Positions 8,846 to 20,059 of a stretch of 64,000 nt of DNA are shown here, piece by piece. This DNA comes from Clostridia bacterium (GTDB taxonomy: Bacteria; Bacillota; Clostridia; TANB77; CAG-508). The DNA lies in contig JAFWKV010000029.1 in the NCBI GenBank assembly GCA_017511265.1, positions 547-64,546 on the forward strand. Direction: 5' to 3'. The position numbers and the translations under genes were made by a program. The notes below the pieces were generated by a model. It had not been told where the DNA came from, did not search any database, and saw only the letters and a program-made list of their open reading frames with translations. Each line of letters starts with the position of its first letter. Position 1 is the stretch's first letter.

Positions 8846-9659
8846 TTATTGCTTGCTTAAATTCTTCATCATTAGGTGCTTTTCCATGCCATTCTACTTT
8901 ATTTTCCATAAATGAAACACCTTTGCCTTTTACTGTTTTTGCAATTATGCAAGTAGGCTTTCCTTTTGTATCTTTTGCTTTTCCGAAAGCTCGAATAATT
9001 TCTTCAAAATTGTGTCCATCTATTGTAAATGTTTCAAATCCAAAACTTTTAAATTTTTCCTCAATTTTGTTTAGTCCTATAACTTCTTCTATAGTACCAT
9101 CTATTTGTAAATTATTATTATCTACGATTACACATAAATTATCTAATTTGTATTTATTTGCAGACATTGCAGCTTCCCATACTTGTCCTTCTTCTATTTC
9201 CCCATCTCCTAAAATTGTGTACACTCTATAATTTTTATTATCTAATTTTCCTGCAATTGCCATTCCTACTGCTGCAGATATTCCTTGTCCTAATGATCCT
9301 GTTGACATATCTATTCCAGGTACTTTTGTCATATCGGGATGTCCTTGCAGATTGCCGTCTATTTTTCTGAATTTGCTCAAGTCCTCCATACTAAAATATC
9401 CTCTTAAGGCTAATGCTGAATATAATGCAGCAACGCAATGACCTTTAGATAGAACAAATCTATCTCTATCTTCCAAATTTGGATTTTTTTCATCAATATT
9501 CATTTCGTTAAAATATAACACTGACATAATGTCTGCTATTGAAAGTGAGCCGCCTGGGTGTCCTGATCTTGCATTATAAACTTGTTTTACTATTTCTATT
9601 CTTATTTGTTTGGCTTTTTCTTCTATTTCTTGAATTTTGGTAATTTCCAAAAAAATCAC
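8808..9659 (-). CDS. Transketolase, N-terminal (thiamine-diphosphate-binding) subunit. The C-terminal tail comes from the repeat.
   Basis: 283 aa with SGHPGGSLS and GDGEIEEGQVWEA (TPP-binding) motifs. The tail [11 protein letters not shown] is encoded by the hairpin at 8811-8845. The start is uncertain (GTG 9659 or TTG 9650). Confidence 0.88.
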   Translation of the reverse strand: MIFLEITKIQEIEEKAKQIRIEIVKQVYNARSGHPGGSLSIADIMSVLYFNEMNIDEKNPNLEDRDRFVLSKGHCVAALYSALALRGYFSMEDLSKFRKIDGNLQGHPDMTKVPGIDMSTGSLGQGISAAVGMAIAGKLDNKNYRVYTILGDGEIEEGQVWEAAMSANKYKLDNLCVIVDNNNLQIDGTIEEVIGLNKIEEKFKSFGFETFTIDGHNFEEIIRAFGKAKDTKGKPTCIIAKTVKGKGVSFMENKVEWHGKAPNDEEFKQAINDVFWDGAKKHH

Positions 9660-9807
9660 ACTCCTTTATAAAGTTATAATACCACAAGGTTATGTGATTT
9701 ACTATAGTTTTTTCATTTTTTTATTTAAAAAATTAATGTTAATGTTTAGACTTTGCTATACATTTTTTTATTATGATGCTCATACATTTAAATTAAGAGG
9801 TGTAAAA

Positions 9808-10867
9808 TTGTTTAAAAAAAGTATCCATATAATAAAATTTAAAGGTCTTATAATTCCATTTGTATTTTTAGCTTTTACTATAGGTCTAATTATATTTTCA
9901 AGCAGTAACTTGGTTGCAGCTAAAAATCGGACTTAACTTATGGGCAAATTCTGTTGTACCATCATTGCTTCCATTTTTTATAGCAACAGAACTATTATGT
10001 AGTACAAATATAATAAATATTTTAGGTAACTTTTTTAATATTTTTATGAAACCATTATTCAATATTCGTGGTGAAGGTAGTTTTGCTCTAATTATGGGAA
10101 TTATAAGTGGATATCCCACAGGTGCAAAAATAGCTTGTAAATTTAGGCAAGATAATATATGTACAAAAGAAGAATGTGAGCGCTTACTTAGCTTTACAAA
10201 TAATTCCGGTCCTTTATTTATAATTGGAACTGTTGGAATAAGTATGTTTGGAAATTCTACTATAGGTCTACTTTTATTTATAACTCATATATTATCTTGC
10301 ATTACTGTTGGATTTATATTTAGGTTTTGGAAATTTAATAATGTAACAAGTCTTGATAGTTCAGAAAAAAATTTTAATATGACTAAAACAGAAAAAAATA
10401 TTAATTTTTTAAATCTTGGTGAAATAATAGGTACAAGTATTACAAATTCTATTTCAACAATACTGATGATTGGAGGTTTTGTTGTACTATTTTCAGTTGT
10501 AATTTCTATTTTAAACTCAAGTAAACTTCTTCAATTATTGGCTGTTTTAATTTCACCATCTCTTGAGTGTTTAAATATCCCCTGTGATTTTGCATCTCCA
10601 TTTATTATCGGTTTTATTGAACTTACAAATGGTATTAGTGCAATTTCTACTATTCATTTTAAACAAATTTCTTTGAATATTGTTGCTACTGCATTTTTTC
10701 TTGGTTTTGGTGGTATTTCTGTTATGCTCCAAGTTTTTAGTATTATCTCTAAAACAGATTTGTCAGCTAAGCCTTATGTTATGGGAAAATTACTCCATGG
10801 GTTAATTGCCGCAGCTTATACATATCTTCTTATTTATTTTGTTCCCATTTTTAATTTTAATTTATAG
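9808..10867 (+). pseudogene. YlbJ-like sporulation integral membrane protein (nucleoside-recognition/Gate domains), interrupted by a +1 frameshift near 9922-9930
   Basis: The TTG at 9808, after AAGAGG, opens ...LAFTIGLIIFSSSNLVAAKNRT* (stop at 9934). The +1 frame continues GLNLWANSVVPSLLPFFIATELL... through ORF 9914..10867. The junction matches the conserved ..GLN.W...V.PSL.PFF segment of YlbJ. Confidence 0.75.
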
Positions 10868-11230
10868 GTGCTGCCTTTTGGGACGGGATAAAAAAACATC
10901 ACCCTGTTCAATCAATTGGGGCGGAGATTTTTAGCAAGAAATCAGCTATTTGGGCACAGACTCCCATAATTATTAAAATTTATTGAAATTTCGAATGTGC
11001 CGTGAAGCAATTGTACAAAATATTAAATAGAAGTCAAAAAGGGTCCTGTCTTCGGGTATAGTTTTGACTTCTCTTTTAGATTTTGTAAATTGTGTAGCAA
11101 ACCGAGAAATGTAAATAAATTTTAATAATTATGGGAGTCTGTGCCCAAATAGCTGATTTCTTGCTAAAAATCTCCGCCCCAATTGATTGAACAGGATGAT
11201 GTTTTTTCCCCCGTCCCAAAAGACAGCATC
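10868..11230. repeat. ~360-bp foldback element with ~120-nt near-identical inverted arms that begin with the GGGACGG module and a ~120-nt structured core
   Basis: The arm GCTGCCTTTTGGGACGGGATAAAAAAACATCACCCTGTTCAATCAATTGGGGCGGAGATTTTTAGCAAGAAATCAGCTATTTGGGCACAGACTCCCATAATTATTAAAATTTATT reappears as its reverse complement at 11104-11226, with an 82-nt perfect stretch. It fills the whole gap between two convergent genes. Confidence 0.92.
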
Positions 11231-11570
11231 ACATATCGTCATCTTCGTCATGTTCGCATCCATGGCACCCTTCACAACCATAATGTCCACAAGATTCACC
11301 ATCTATATCTCCTGTCCAATCTAGTTCAATTATATTTTCACATTCTGGACAAGTAACTTCTGTTTTTCCATCTGATATGTCAGTTGTAAATTCATTATTA
11401 CAATATGGACAAACAATTTCAAAATCAAAAGCTTCATCCATATAAATATCATTTTCTATTTTATTGATAATACTTTCCATTTTGTTCATTTTATTTTCTA
11501 ATTCTTGTTGTTTCTGTAATATTAAATCTAATTTTTTATCGATATCATTAAAATCGGCCATAATGTCCAT
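11229..11570 (-). CDS. Small zinc-ribbon protein with a coiled-coil N-terminus and a Cys/His/Asp-rich tail
   Basis: 113 aa with CPYCNN...CPECEN (a 4-Cys ribbon) and then CGHYGCEGCHGCEHDEDDDM. Function unknown. Confidence 0.6.
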   Translation of the reverse strand: MDIMADFNDIDKKLDLILQKQQELENKMNKMESIINKIENDIYMDEAFDFEIVCPYCNNEFTTDISDGKTEVTCPECENIIELDWTGDIDGESCGHYGCEGCHGCEHDEDDDM

Positions 11571-11576
11571 ACTCCT

Positions 11577-12143
11577 TTAAACTCTTTCCATATACGTACA
11601 TGTACGTGTATCTATTTTTAATACATCACCTACATTTATAAATAATGGAACCATTAATTCTAATCCTGTTTCCAATGTTGCTGGTTTTCCTGATGTAGTA
11701 GTTGTGTTTCCACTAAATCCAGGTTCTGTATATGTAACTTCTAATTCAACAAATGTTGGTGGTTCAACCGCAAAGATACTTCCTTTATATGAAAGTATTG
11801 TAACATCTGTATTTTCTTTTATGTATTTTAAACAATCTCCTAATTGTTCTTTGTTTAATGGTATTTGCTCATATGTCTCATTATCCATAAAATAATACAA
11901 ATCTCCATCATTATATAGATATTGCATTACTTGTTTGTCTATTTCTGCTGCTGGGAATTTTTCGTTTGGATTAAACGTTTTATCTATAAGTGCTCCTGTG
12001 ATTACATTTCTGATTTTTGTTCTTACAAAAGCTGGTCCCTTCCCTGGTTTTACATGTTGGAACTCTACTATTTTGTATACTGCTCCATCCATTTCAAATG
12101 TTACTCCATTTCTGAAGTCTCCTGCTGAGTAAACTGCTGCCAT
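11577..12143 (-). CDS. efp: Translation elongation factor P
   Basis: 188 aa with the EF-P signature [19 protein letters not shown] and conserved OB domains. Confidence 0.95.
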   Translation of the reverse strand: MAAVYSAGDFRNGVTFEMDGAVYKIVEFQHVKPGKGPAFVRTKIRNVITGALIDKTFNPNEKFPAAEIDKQVMQYLYNDGDLYYFMDNETYEQIPLNKEQLGDCLKYIKENTDVTILSYKGSIFAVEPPTFVELEVTYTEPGFSGNTTTTSGKPATLETGLELMVPLFINVGDVLKIDTRTCTYMERV

Positions 12144-12171
12144 AATTAAATCATTCCTTTCATTTTTTATT

Positions 12172-13230
12172 TTATATTATAATATAATTTTTAGCAGATT
12201 CTGTTAAACTTATGCATCCAAATTTTGTAATTAATACTGTGTCTTCAATTCTAACACCATATTTTCCCGGTATATATATTCCTGGTTCATCTGTAACAAC
12301 CATATTTTCTTTTAGTAATGTATCATTATTCATACTTATATATGGTCTTTCGTGTATTTCCATTCCAACTCCATGACCTAATGCATGAATCAAGTCATAA
12401 TTGTAAAAGCGAAAATTAGTATCTACATTTTTTGCAATTTGTCTTATAATTGCTCCATCTTTCATCTCATCTAATGCTTGTTGTTGGCTTTTTAAAACTA
12501 TATCATATATTTTTTTAATATCTTCTGGTACACTTCCTACAAATATTGTTCTTGTCATATCTGAACAGTATCCATTGTATTTGCATCCCATATCTATTGT
12601 AATAATATCTTGCTCTTCTATTTTTCTGTCTGTTGGTACTGCATGCGGTTTTGAGCTGTTTTCTCCTGAAGCAACTATTGTTTCAAAAGATACTCCTTCT
12701 GCATTTTCATTATAAAAATTATCAATTTCTCTAGCTATTTCTTTTTCTGTCATACCTGGTTTTATAAATTTTATTATATATGAAAAACAATTGTCTGTAA
12801 TTTCGCATGCTGTTTTTAAGTTTTTTATTTCTTCTTCATCTTTTATTATTCTTTGTTTTTCAATAAGATTGTCAGTTTCTACCAAACTATTTACTTTAAA
12901 TTTATGCATATATTCTTTATATTTTGCATAGGTTACATAACTTTCTTCAAACCCTACATTTTCGCAAAACATAAAAAAGTTCTCATAGTCTTCTTGTGAC
13001 ATATCAGTATAATTATATACTATTATTTCATCAAATAATGTTAGTATACTATGTGCATATTCAATATATCTTCCATCTGTTATATATACATTTTCTTTTC
13101 TTGTTATAAGTAACATTCCTTCTGCATCTATGCCTGTTAAATATTTTATATTAACTGGGTTTGATATTATCATTCCTTGTAAATTTAAACTTGTCATTGC
13201 ATTTCTCAGCCATGTAATTTTAGAATTCAT
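12172..13230 (-). CDS. M24 family Xaa-Pro aminopeptidase/dipeptidase
   Basis: 352 aa with the creatinase-like N-domain and pita-bread metal ligands ([34 protein letters not shown]). Confidence 0.88.
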   Translation of the reverse strand: MNSKITWLRNAMTSLNLQGMIISNPVNIKYLTGIDAEGMLLITRKENVYITDGRYIEYAHSILTLFDEIIVYNYTDMSQEDYENFFMFCENVGFEESYVTYAKYKEYMHKFKVNSLVETDNLIEKQRIIKDEEEIKNLKTACEITDNCFSYIIKFIKPGMTEKEIAREIDNFYNENAEGVSFETIVASGENSSKPHAVPTDRKIEEQDIITIDMGCKYNGYCSDMTRTIFVGSVPEDIKKIYDIVLKSQQQALDEMKDGAIIRQIAKNVDTNFRFYNYDLIHALGHGVGMEIHERPYISMNNDTLLKENMVVTDEPGIYIPGKYGVRIEDTVLITKFGCISLTESAKNYIII

Positions 13231-13248
13231 ATTGGTACACCTCGTTTT

Positions 13249-14001
13249 TTATCCTTTATATAATCCTAGTGTGAATATTTTAAATAATACTCCTAATAAT
13301 AATTCGTATGGAATAAATATGCTTATAAATGTTGCTATTACTATAAATGGTCCAAACGGAATATATTCAGAAGCACTTTTTACTTTTGTGGCAATTAAGA
13401 CTATGCTTAGTATTGCTCCTATTAAAAATGAAACTAATGCTATAATTATAATGTTTGATAAACCAAAAAATAAGCCTAATGCTCCCATAAGTTTAACATC
13501 ACCTAGTCCCATTGCTTCTTTTCCATATACTAAACCACCAAGTAATGTTATAGCTAGAAATATTCCTCCACCTGCAAGCATTCCAAGTAGCATATTTATT
13601 GATATTGCAACATTTGAAAGCCCATATAAAAATGTAAATATTAAGCCAATTTCAAACATTGTAAGATTTAATCTATTTGGTATAATTGTTAACCTGTAGT
13701 CAATTACAAATACTGAGAGTAGCATAGGGGTTAAAATTAAAAATTTTATTAAGTCTAAATTTGCTATAAGAGTTTCTTTTATTCCAAATCTATATAATAG
13801 TCCAATATATATTGCTGATGTTAGAATCATTAATATGTAGTTTGGTTTAAATAGCTTTTTGTTTTCTTTGAAAAATTCAGTTGATATTACTTTTTTATAT
13901 TCAGGTAATCTTTTATTCGCCCAATCTACTACAATTCCTACAAAAAGCCCTAGTATTGCTACTATTACATAATATGCTACATGCACATCATTAAAATACA
14001 T
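13249..14001 (-). CDS. A24 family prepilin peptidase
   Basis: 250 aa polytopic membrane protein with the GLGDVKLMGALGLFFG motif typical of type IV prepilin peptidases. Confidence 0.85.
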   Translation of the reverse strand: MYFNDVHVAYYVIVAILGLFVGIVVDWANKRLPEYKKVISTEFFKENKKLFKPNYILMILTSAIYIGLLYRFGIKETLIANLDLIKFLILTPMLLSVFVIDYRLTIIPNRLNLTMFEIGLIFTFLYGLSNVAISINMLLGMLAGGGIFLAITLLGGLVYGKEAMGLGDVKLMGALGLFFGLSNIIIIALVSFLIGAILSIVLIATKVKSASEYIPFGPFIVIATFISIFIPYELLLGVLFKIFTLGLYKG

Positions 14002-14004
14002 TTA

Positions 14005-14508
14005 TTATTCTCCCTTATTCTTAGTTTTTCTATAGTTTTTCTTTATTAATTCTTCTAATGGTCTTTTCCACATTGTAATCCATATATCTTTTTTCTCTAT
14101 TGGTTCAACTAATATTGTAAACATTTTACATCTATTTCCACCAAGTATATCTGTAAATAATTGGTCCCCAACTACTGCAATATTTTCTGGATTTTCTTTT
14201 AGTTCTTTTTTTACTTTTAAAAATCCTAATTTTAATGGCTTTTTTGCAAAATATTTATATGGTATATCTAATTTTTGTGCTATTTTTTGAACCTTTGCTT
14301 CTTTATTCGTATTTGATAATATATATAATTTTATATTTTCTTTTTTTAAATTATTAGCCCAATAAATAGTTTCCTCTGATAGATTACAGTAGTAATCTAT
14401 CAGAGTATTATCAACATCTAATATTAATGCTTTTATGTTGTTTTCTTTTAAGAACTTCGTTGTAATATTACTTACTTTGTCAAAATCTGCTTTTGGATAT
14501 AAAATCAT
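14005..14508 (-). CDS. YqeG-family HAD-IIIA phosphatase
   Basis: 167 aa with the LDVDNTL (DxD) motif and VGDQLFTDILGGN. Confidence 0.8.
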   Translation of the reverse strand: MILYPKADFDKVSNITTKFLKENNIKALILDVDNTLIDYYCNLSEETIYWANNLKKENIKLYILSNTNKEAKVQKIAQKLDIPYKYFAKKPLKLGFLKVKKELKENPENIAVVGDQLFTDILGGNRCKMFTILVEPIEKKDIWITMWKRPLEELIKKNYRKTKNKGE

Positions 14509-16122
14509 TTAATTGTTATCCTCTTCATTATTATTATCTTCATTATTATTGTTGTTATTGTCATTATTATCGTTGTTGTTTTCATTGTATTCTTCATTAT
14601 TGTTATAATCACGTTGTTCATTATTTTCGTCACCATTATTGTCTTGTTGTTCTTCTTGATAATTGTTATTATTTTCATTATTGTTATTTTCTTCCGTATC
14701 TTGTTGTTCATTGCTATTATTTTCACTAGTTGATTGACGCTCATTATTATTTTGAGCTTTATTTTTTCCATATCCTAATCCATCTAATTGGTCTGTTAAA
14801 TTATATGTTTTTTGGTCAATTTCTAATACATATGATGTTTTGCCTTCGTCTATTGAAAGATATATACTATCAAAGAAAAATTGTGCCCATACTTCTTCAC
14901 CTGTTGTTGTTATTACATTATATTTTTTATCTCTTTGAACTATAATAACATTATAATCAGGTACAACTAGCAAACTATATCCTGAAGATCCTGCCCTATT
15001 GTTAGATGTAACATAACCTATATCATCATATTTGAAGTCCGTAACTTGTTTTCCTCTTATATCGAAAAATGCCCATTGTTTATCCTTTTGTACAGGTATT
15101 AAACTGTCTGCTAAAATATATTTACTTCTTATGTCATTTTCTTTAAATACATTAATATCTTCGATTCCAATTTTATTATAATATGTATCTAATATTATTT
15201 TTCCATTAAAGTCTATAACTCCATATTTATCTGAGCTCTTAACTTCATATAATTTTTTTTCATAGTCAATTAATTTTATATCATCATATATTGATTTAAT
15301 TTTTGTTTTTTTGTTATTCGATATAATTCCCTTTTTTCCTCCTGAACCAACTAAAAAATCATTAGTATGTTCTAAATAATCGATTTCTTCATATTTTGGT
15401 TCAAGTAGTGTTTCTAACTTTCCATTTGATATACTTAAGACAGCCACTTTTTTATTGTTACTATCTTTTCCATTTTCTACAATTAGCCATCCACCAAGTA
15501 TAGCTTTTTGATTTGTAAAATCTTCACTTATTCCGTCATATCCAAGATTTGTAACACCTGTTGAATATGAATTTATTAAATATGGCATTGTATAAATTTC
15601 CATTTTTTTGTCTTCAACATTATAGTTCCATACAAGATTAAATGCTTTTTCTATACCTGATATTGTTGTATATAGTTCTCCTTCTATAGCCTTAACCGGT
15701 TCATCTATTGAAAACACGTCATATCCAGAATCTTCATCTGTAAGTTTTTTATATATTTGCTTTGATCCTAAAGAAAACATTGCTATTTCGTTTTCACATT
15801 CAACATAGCATTGATTTGCTTCTTCTGATTTGGTCATATAATTACCGCCAAAATCGTTATACCCAAATGTTTTGGCTGCTCTTCTTATCGGTACATATAT
15901 TTTTTGTGGATTATTTTCGTCAAATCTTATCATGTTTTTTACTGTATTAGATTCACTTCCATTAACTTTAACTACTAATGTGGATTGTTTTACATAAATT
16001 ATTGCTCCTATTACAAATAGGACCATAACTATTAAAAAAATTATTACTGCTAAAATTATTGTAGTAGTTTTTTTATTGTTTGTTTTTTCTTCAACATTAA
16101 AATCTTCATCGAATAGCTCCAT
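14509..16122 (-). CDS. Membrane-anchored WG-repeat protein with an extreme Asn/Glu/Asp low-complexity C-terminal tail
   Basis: 537 aa. N-terminal TM segment; repeated YG.ID..GK motifs (WG/KWG-type repeats). The last ~85 residues are almost only N/E/D/Q, encoded by AAT/GAT/GAA repeats at 14509-14770. Confidence 0.65.
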   Translation of the reverse strand: MELFDEDFNVEEKTNNKKTTTIILAVIIFLIVMVLFVIGAIIYVKQSTLVVKVNGSESNTVKNMIRFDENNPQKIYVPIRRAAKTFGYNDFGGNYMTKSEEANQCYVECENEIAMFSLGSKQIYKKLTDEDSGYDVFSIDEPVKAIEGELYTTISGIEKAFNLVWNYNVEDKKMEIYTMPYLINSYSTGVTNLGYDGISEDFTNQKAILGGWLIVENGKDSNNKKVAVLSISNGKLETLLEPKYEEIDYLEHTNDFLVGSGGKKGIISNNKKTKIKSIYDDIKLIDYEKKLYEVKSSDKYGVIDFNGKIILDTYYNKIGIEDINVFKENDIRSKYILADSLIPVQKDKQWAFFDIRGKQVTDFKYDDIGYVTSNNRAGSSGYSLLVVPDYNVIIVQRDKKYNVITTTGEEVWAQFFFDSIYLSIDEGKTSYVLEIDQKTYNLTDQLDGLGYGKNKAQNNNERQSTSENNSNEQQDTEENNNNENNNNYQEEQQDNNGDENNEQRDYNNNEEYNENNNDNNDNNNNNNEDNNNEEDNN

Positions 16123-16139
16123 TTGTAGCTTTCCTCCTT

Positions 16140-17392
<1,253 letters not shown>

Positions 17393-17395
17393 TTA

Positions 17396-18418
17396 TTATA
17401 TAATTAACATTGCATCACCGAAGCTGAAAAAACGATATTTTTCCCTAACTGCTTCTTCATAGGCACTCATTACATAGTCTTTTCCTGCCAAAGCTGACAC
17501 CAGCATTAGCAGTGTAGACTCAGGTAGATGAAAATTTGTAATAAGTCCGTCTATACATTTAAATTTATAACCTGGATAGATAAAAATTTGAGTATCTCCT
17601 TCTGCTTCTTTTACTAATCCATTTTCATCTGCAATGGTTTCTAATACTCTTGTTGATGTTGTACCGATTGATATAATTCTATTACCATTTTTCTTTGCTT
17701 TATTAATTTTTTCTGCATCTTCTTGCTTAATATAAAAATGTTCTGAATGCATATGATGGTCTTCTATTTTATCAACCTTAACAGGTCTAAAAGTTCCAAT
17801 TCCGACATGTAATGTTACATTTGCTACTTCTATCCCTTTTTCTTTAATTTTTTCAAATAGTTCTGGTGTAAAGTGTAAACCTGCTGTTGGTGCTGCTGCA
17901 GAACCATCATATTTTGCATATACTGTTTGATATCTGTCTTTTTCTTTTAATTCTTCATGTATGTAAGGTGGCAGTGGCATTAGGCCAATTTTATCCAAAA
18001 TTTCGTTAAATATCCCCTCATATTTAAATTCTACTTTTCTTGTTCCGCCTTCCATCACTTCTAAAACCTCAGCTTTAAGTAATCCATCTCCAAATTGTAC
18101 CTTTGCACCCGGATGCAGTTTATTGCCTGGTCTTACTATACACTCCCAAGTGTCTCCTTCTATTCTGTTTAAAAGCAAAAATTCAATATTTGCTCCTGTT
18201 TCCTTCTTACCATACAGTCTTGCTGGTAACACCTTTGTGTTATTTCTTACTAAGCAATCTCCTGGCTGAAGATAATCTATTATGTCCTTAAATTTTTTAT
18301 GTTCTATGTTTTTTTTAAGTCTATCTAATACCATTAATCTTGATTCATCTCTTTTTTCTATCGGTGTTTGTGCAATTAGTTCTTGCGGTAAATCATAATA
18401 AAAATCTTTAACTTCCAT
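17396..18418 (-). CDS. queA: S-adenosylmethionine:tRNA ribosyltransferase-isomerase
   Basis: 340 aa with typical QueA sequence ([34 protein letters not shown]). Confidence 0.95.
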   Translation of the reverse strand: MEVKDFYYDLPQELIAQTPIEKRDESRLMVLDRLKKNIEHKKFKDIIDYLQPGDCLVRNNTKVLPARLYGKKETGANIEFLLLNRIEGDTWECIVRPGNKLHPGAKVQFGDGLLKAEVLEVMEGGTRKVEFKYEGIFNEILDKIGLMPLPPYIHEELKEKDRYQTVYAKYDGSAAAPTAGLHFTPELFEKIKEKGIEVANVTLHVGIGTFRPVKVDKIEDHHMHSEHFYIKQEDAEKINKAKKNGNRIISIGTTSTRVLETIADENGLVKEAEGDTQIFIYPGYKFKCIDGLITNFHLPESTLLMLVSALAGKDYVMSAYEEAVREKYRFFSFGDAMLII

Positions 18419-18429
18419 CTTTTTCCCTT

Positions 18430-19752
18430 CTAATTGTGTTTAAACATATTTCCTATATTTCTTTTTGCTTTTTCAAATATCTGTGCTATTTCTTGAAAAA
18501 TGTTTTGTGGCTCGTAAAAAACATTTCCTAAATTTTGGCTTTCAATAAAATTTGATTCTTTTGCAGGTTTTAATTTATATACTATAGGGTCAAGTCCTAT
18601 TAGCTTATCTCCTGCTTTTATATTACTTGTCATATAATCCGTATACCATGCTTTTAAACCTTCTGCCAATTCATTTTTATAGCCATACTTTTCATTATCG
18701 TGCAATGCAGGTATTTCATAGTCATATTCTTTTAATGTTCTTTCTAATGAGTGTAGAAATTCGTGTAAAAATACTTCTTCTGGAAATCTATTTATTCTTG
18801 AATCATATTTATACAAATAATTTCTTGCTTTATTTGAAAGACGTATATTTGAATATCCAACTCCATAATAATCCATTGAGCCTAAGCCAACCCAGTCTTT
18901 TACTTCTTTGTCGTCTAATTTAAATATTATAAAAATATGGTCATAGTCGTGTGAAGCAATTTCATCTTTTATTTGATTTTCTATTGTCTCTGGTGCAACA
19001 TAATAGCCATATTCTTCATCATATGTTAGTGTATTTATTGGTGTATCTTTTTTGTAAATATCACAACTAGCTGTCATTTTGTCACCTGATAATGTTTTTG
19101 CTGCATTTTCAAATCTTTTTATTGTGCTTTGTATGTCTGATATGTCTGTATTAGATAATGTATAATTTAAGTTTTCTCCATTTACAGTAGTAGAAAGAGT
19201 ATTAAATATGAAGCACGCAAATTTCCATTCTGTATTTTCTTCTTTTTTTCCTTCTTCTATTTTGAAATCTGAAAACCATGCCTTTCCTTTGCAATCGTCT
19301 ACATACCCGCCGAGTCTAAATCCTACATTTACAGTTTCTTTATTTTTTGAATTAAATATCATTTCTATTTGTTGCCAATCTGTTGTACCTGAAATTGCCA
19401 TAGATCTATCTGTTGTACCTTCTACCGAAATTTGTGCTCCACTACCATCTGATTTATTTTTTGACTCTACATCTGCAGTCTTTACCATACATGTTACTTT
19501 ATATGGTGTATCTTTTTTTACTTGTATAGATTCGTAAAACATAGCATCATTATAATCTGGTGATTCTATGTTATAGCTTGCTTTATTGTTATATTTTTGT
19601 TCATTATCTCTAGTAAATACTGATGTTCCCATGTTCTTTTCACTTAGTGTAAAGTTGTTGAAGTCCTTGCCTTTATATATTTTAAATAATACAACTACAA
19701 ATACAACTAAAAAGATTATTTCAATTATCTCAATAATACGTTTTTTAGACAT
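18430..19752 (-). CDS. Membrane-anchored hypothetical protein with a CBM-like beta-sandwich region and an HExxH motif
   Basis: 440 aa. N-terminal TM segment, a jelly-roll-like segment (GAQISVEG...[12 protein letters not shown]...[12 protein letters not shown]), and HEFLH near the C-terminus. Confidence 0.45.
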   Translation of the reverse strand: MSKKRIIEIIEIIFLVVFVVVLFKIYKGKDFNNFTLSEKNMGTSVFTRDNEQKYNNKASYNIESPDYNDAMFYESIQVKKDTPYKVTCMVKTADVESKNKSDGSGAQISVEGTTDRSMAISGTTDWQQIEMIFNSKNKETVNVGFRLGGYVDDCKGKAWFSDFKIEEGKKEENTEWKFACFIFNTLSTTVNGENLNYTLSNTDISDIQSTIKRFENAAKTLSGDKMTASCDIYKKDTPINTLTYDEEYGYYVAPETIENQIKDEIASHDYDHIFIIFKLDDKEVKDWVGLGSMDYYGVGYSNIRLSNKARNYLYKYDSRINRFPEEVFLHEFLHSLERTLKEYDYEIPALHDNEKYGYKNELAEGLKAWYTDYMTSNIKAGDKLIGLDPIVYKLKPAKESNFIESQNLGNVFYEPQNIFQEIAQIFEKAKRNIGNMFKHN

Positions 19753-19790
19753 TGTTTTCTCCTTTATTTACAGTACTACTATTATACTTG

Positions 19791-20059
19791 AAAATGAAAA
19801 AATGGTCAAGAGGAACTGCTGTCTTTTGGGACGGGGCAAAAAAACATCACCTATCCATTTATCATATTTATTAAACATTACGACCTTGTTGTCGCTTTCT
19901 TTCATTGAAGTTTAATTAATGAAAGGAAAGCTCCAGCCGACTACGCTTCGCTCCGCCTACGCGGTCTACATTTTTTAATAAATATGATAAATGGATAGGT
20001 GATGTTTTTTTGCCCCGTCCCAAAAGACAGCAGTTCCTCTTGACCATTTTTTTCATTTT
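19791..20059. repeat. ~270-bp foldback element (MITE-like) that is homologous, in inverted orientation, to the element at 33296-33500
   Basis: The arms AAAATGAAAAAATGGTCAAGAGGAACTGCTGTCTTTTGGGACGGGGCAAAAAAACATCACCTATCCATTTATCATATTTATTAAA and its reverse complement flank a GC-rich core containing GCGTAGGCGGAGCGAAGCG (as its reverse complement). It overlaps the rnr stop codon. Confidence 0.92.

Noticed and set aside
7772-9659. Transketolase appears as two separate ORFs, which could be a disrupted gene.
   Set aside because: Split N- and C-terminal transketolase subunits are a normal arrangement in many Clostridia and archaea. Both halves are full-length with their own SD sequences.
14493-14771. 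Two overlapping ORFs have bizarre His/Tyr/Cys-rich or Ile/Lys/Thr-rich sequences.
   Set aside because: They are alternative-frame and antisense readings of the AAT/GAT/GAA repeat DNA that encodes the Asn-rich tail of the WG-repeat protein.
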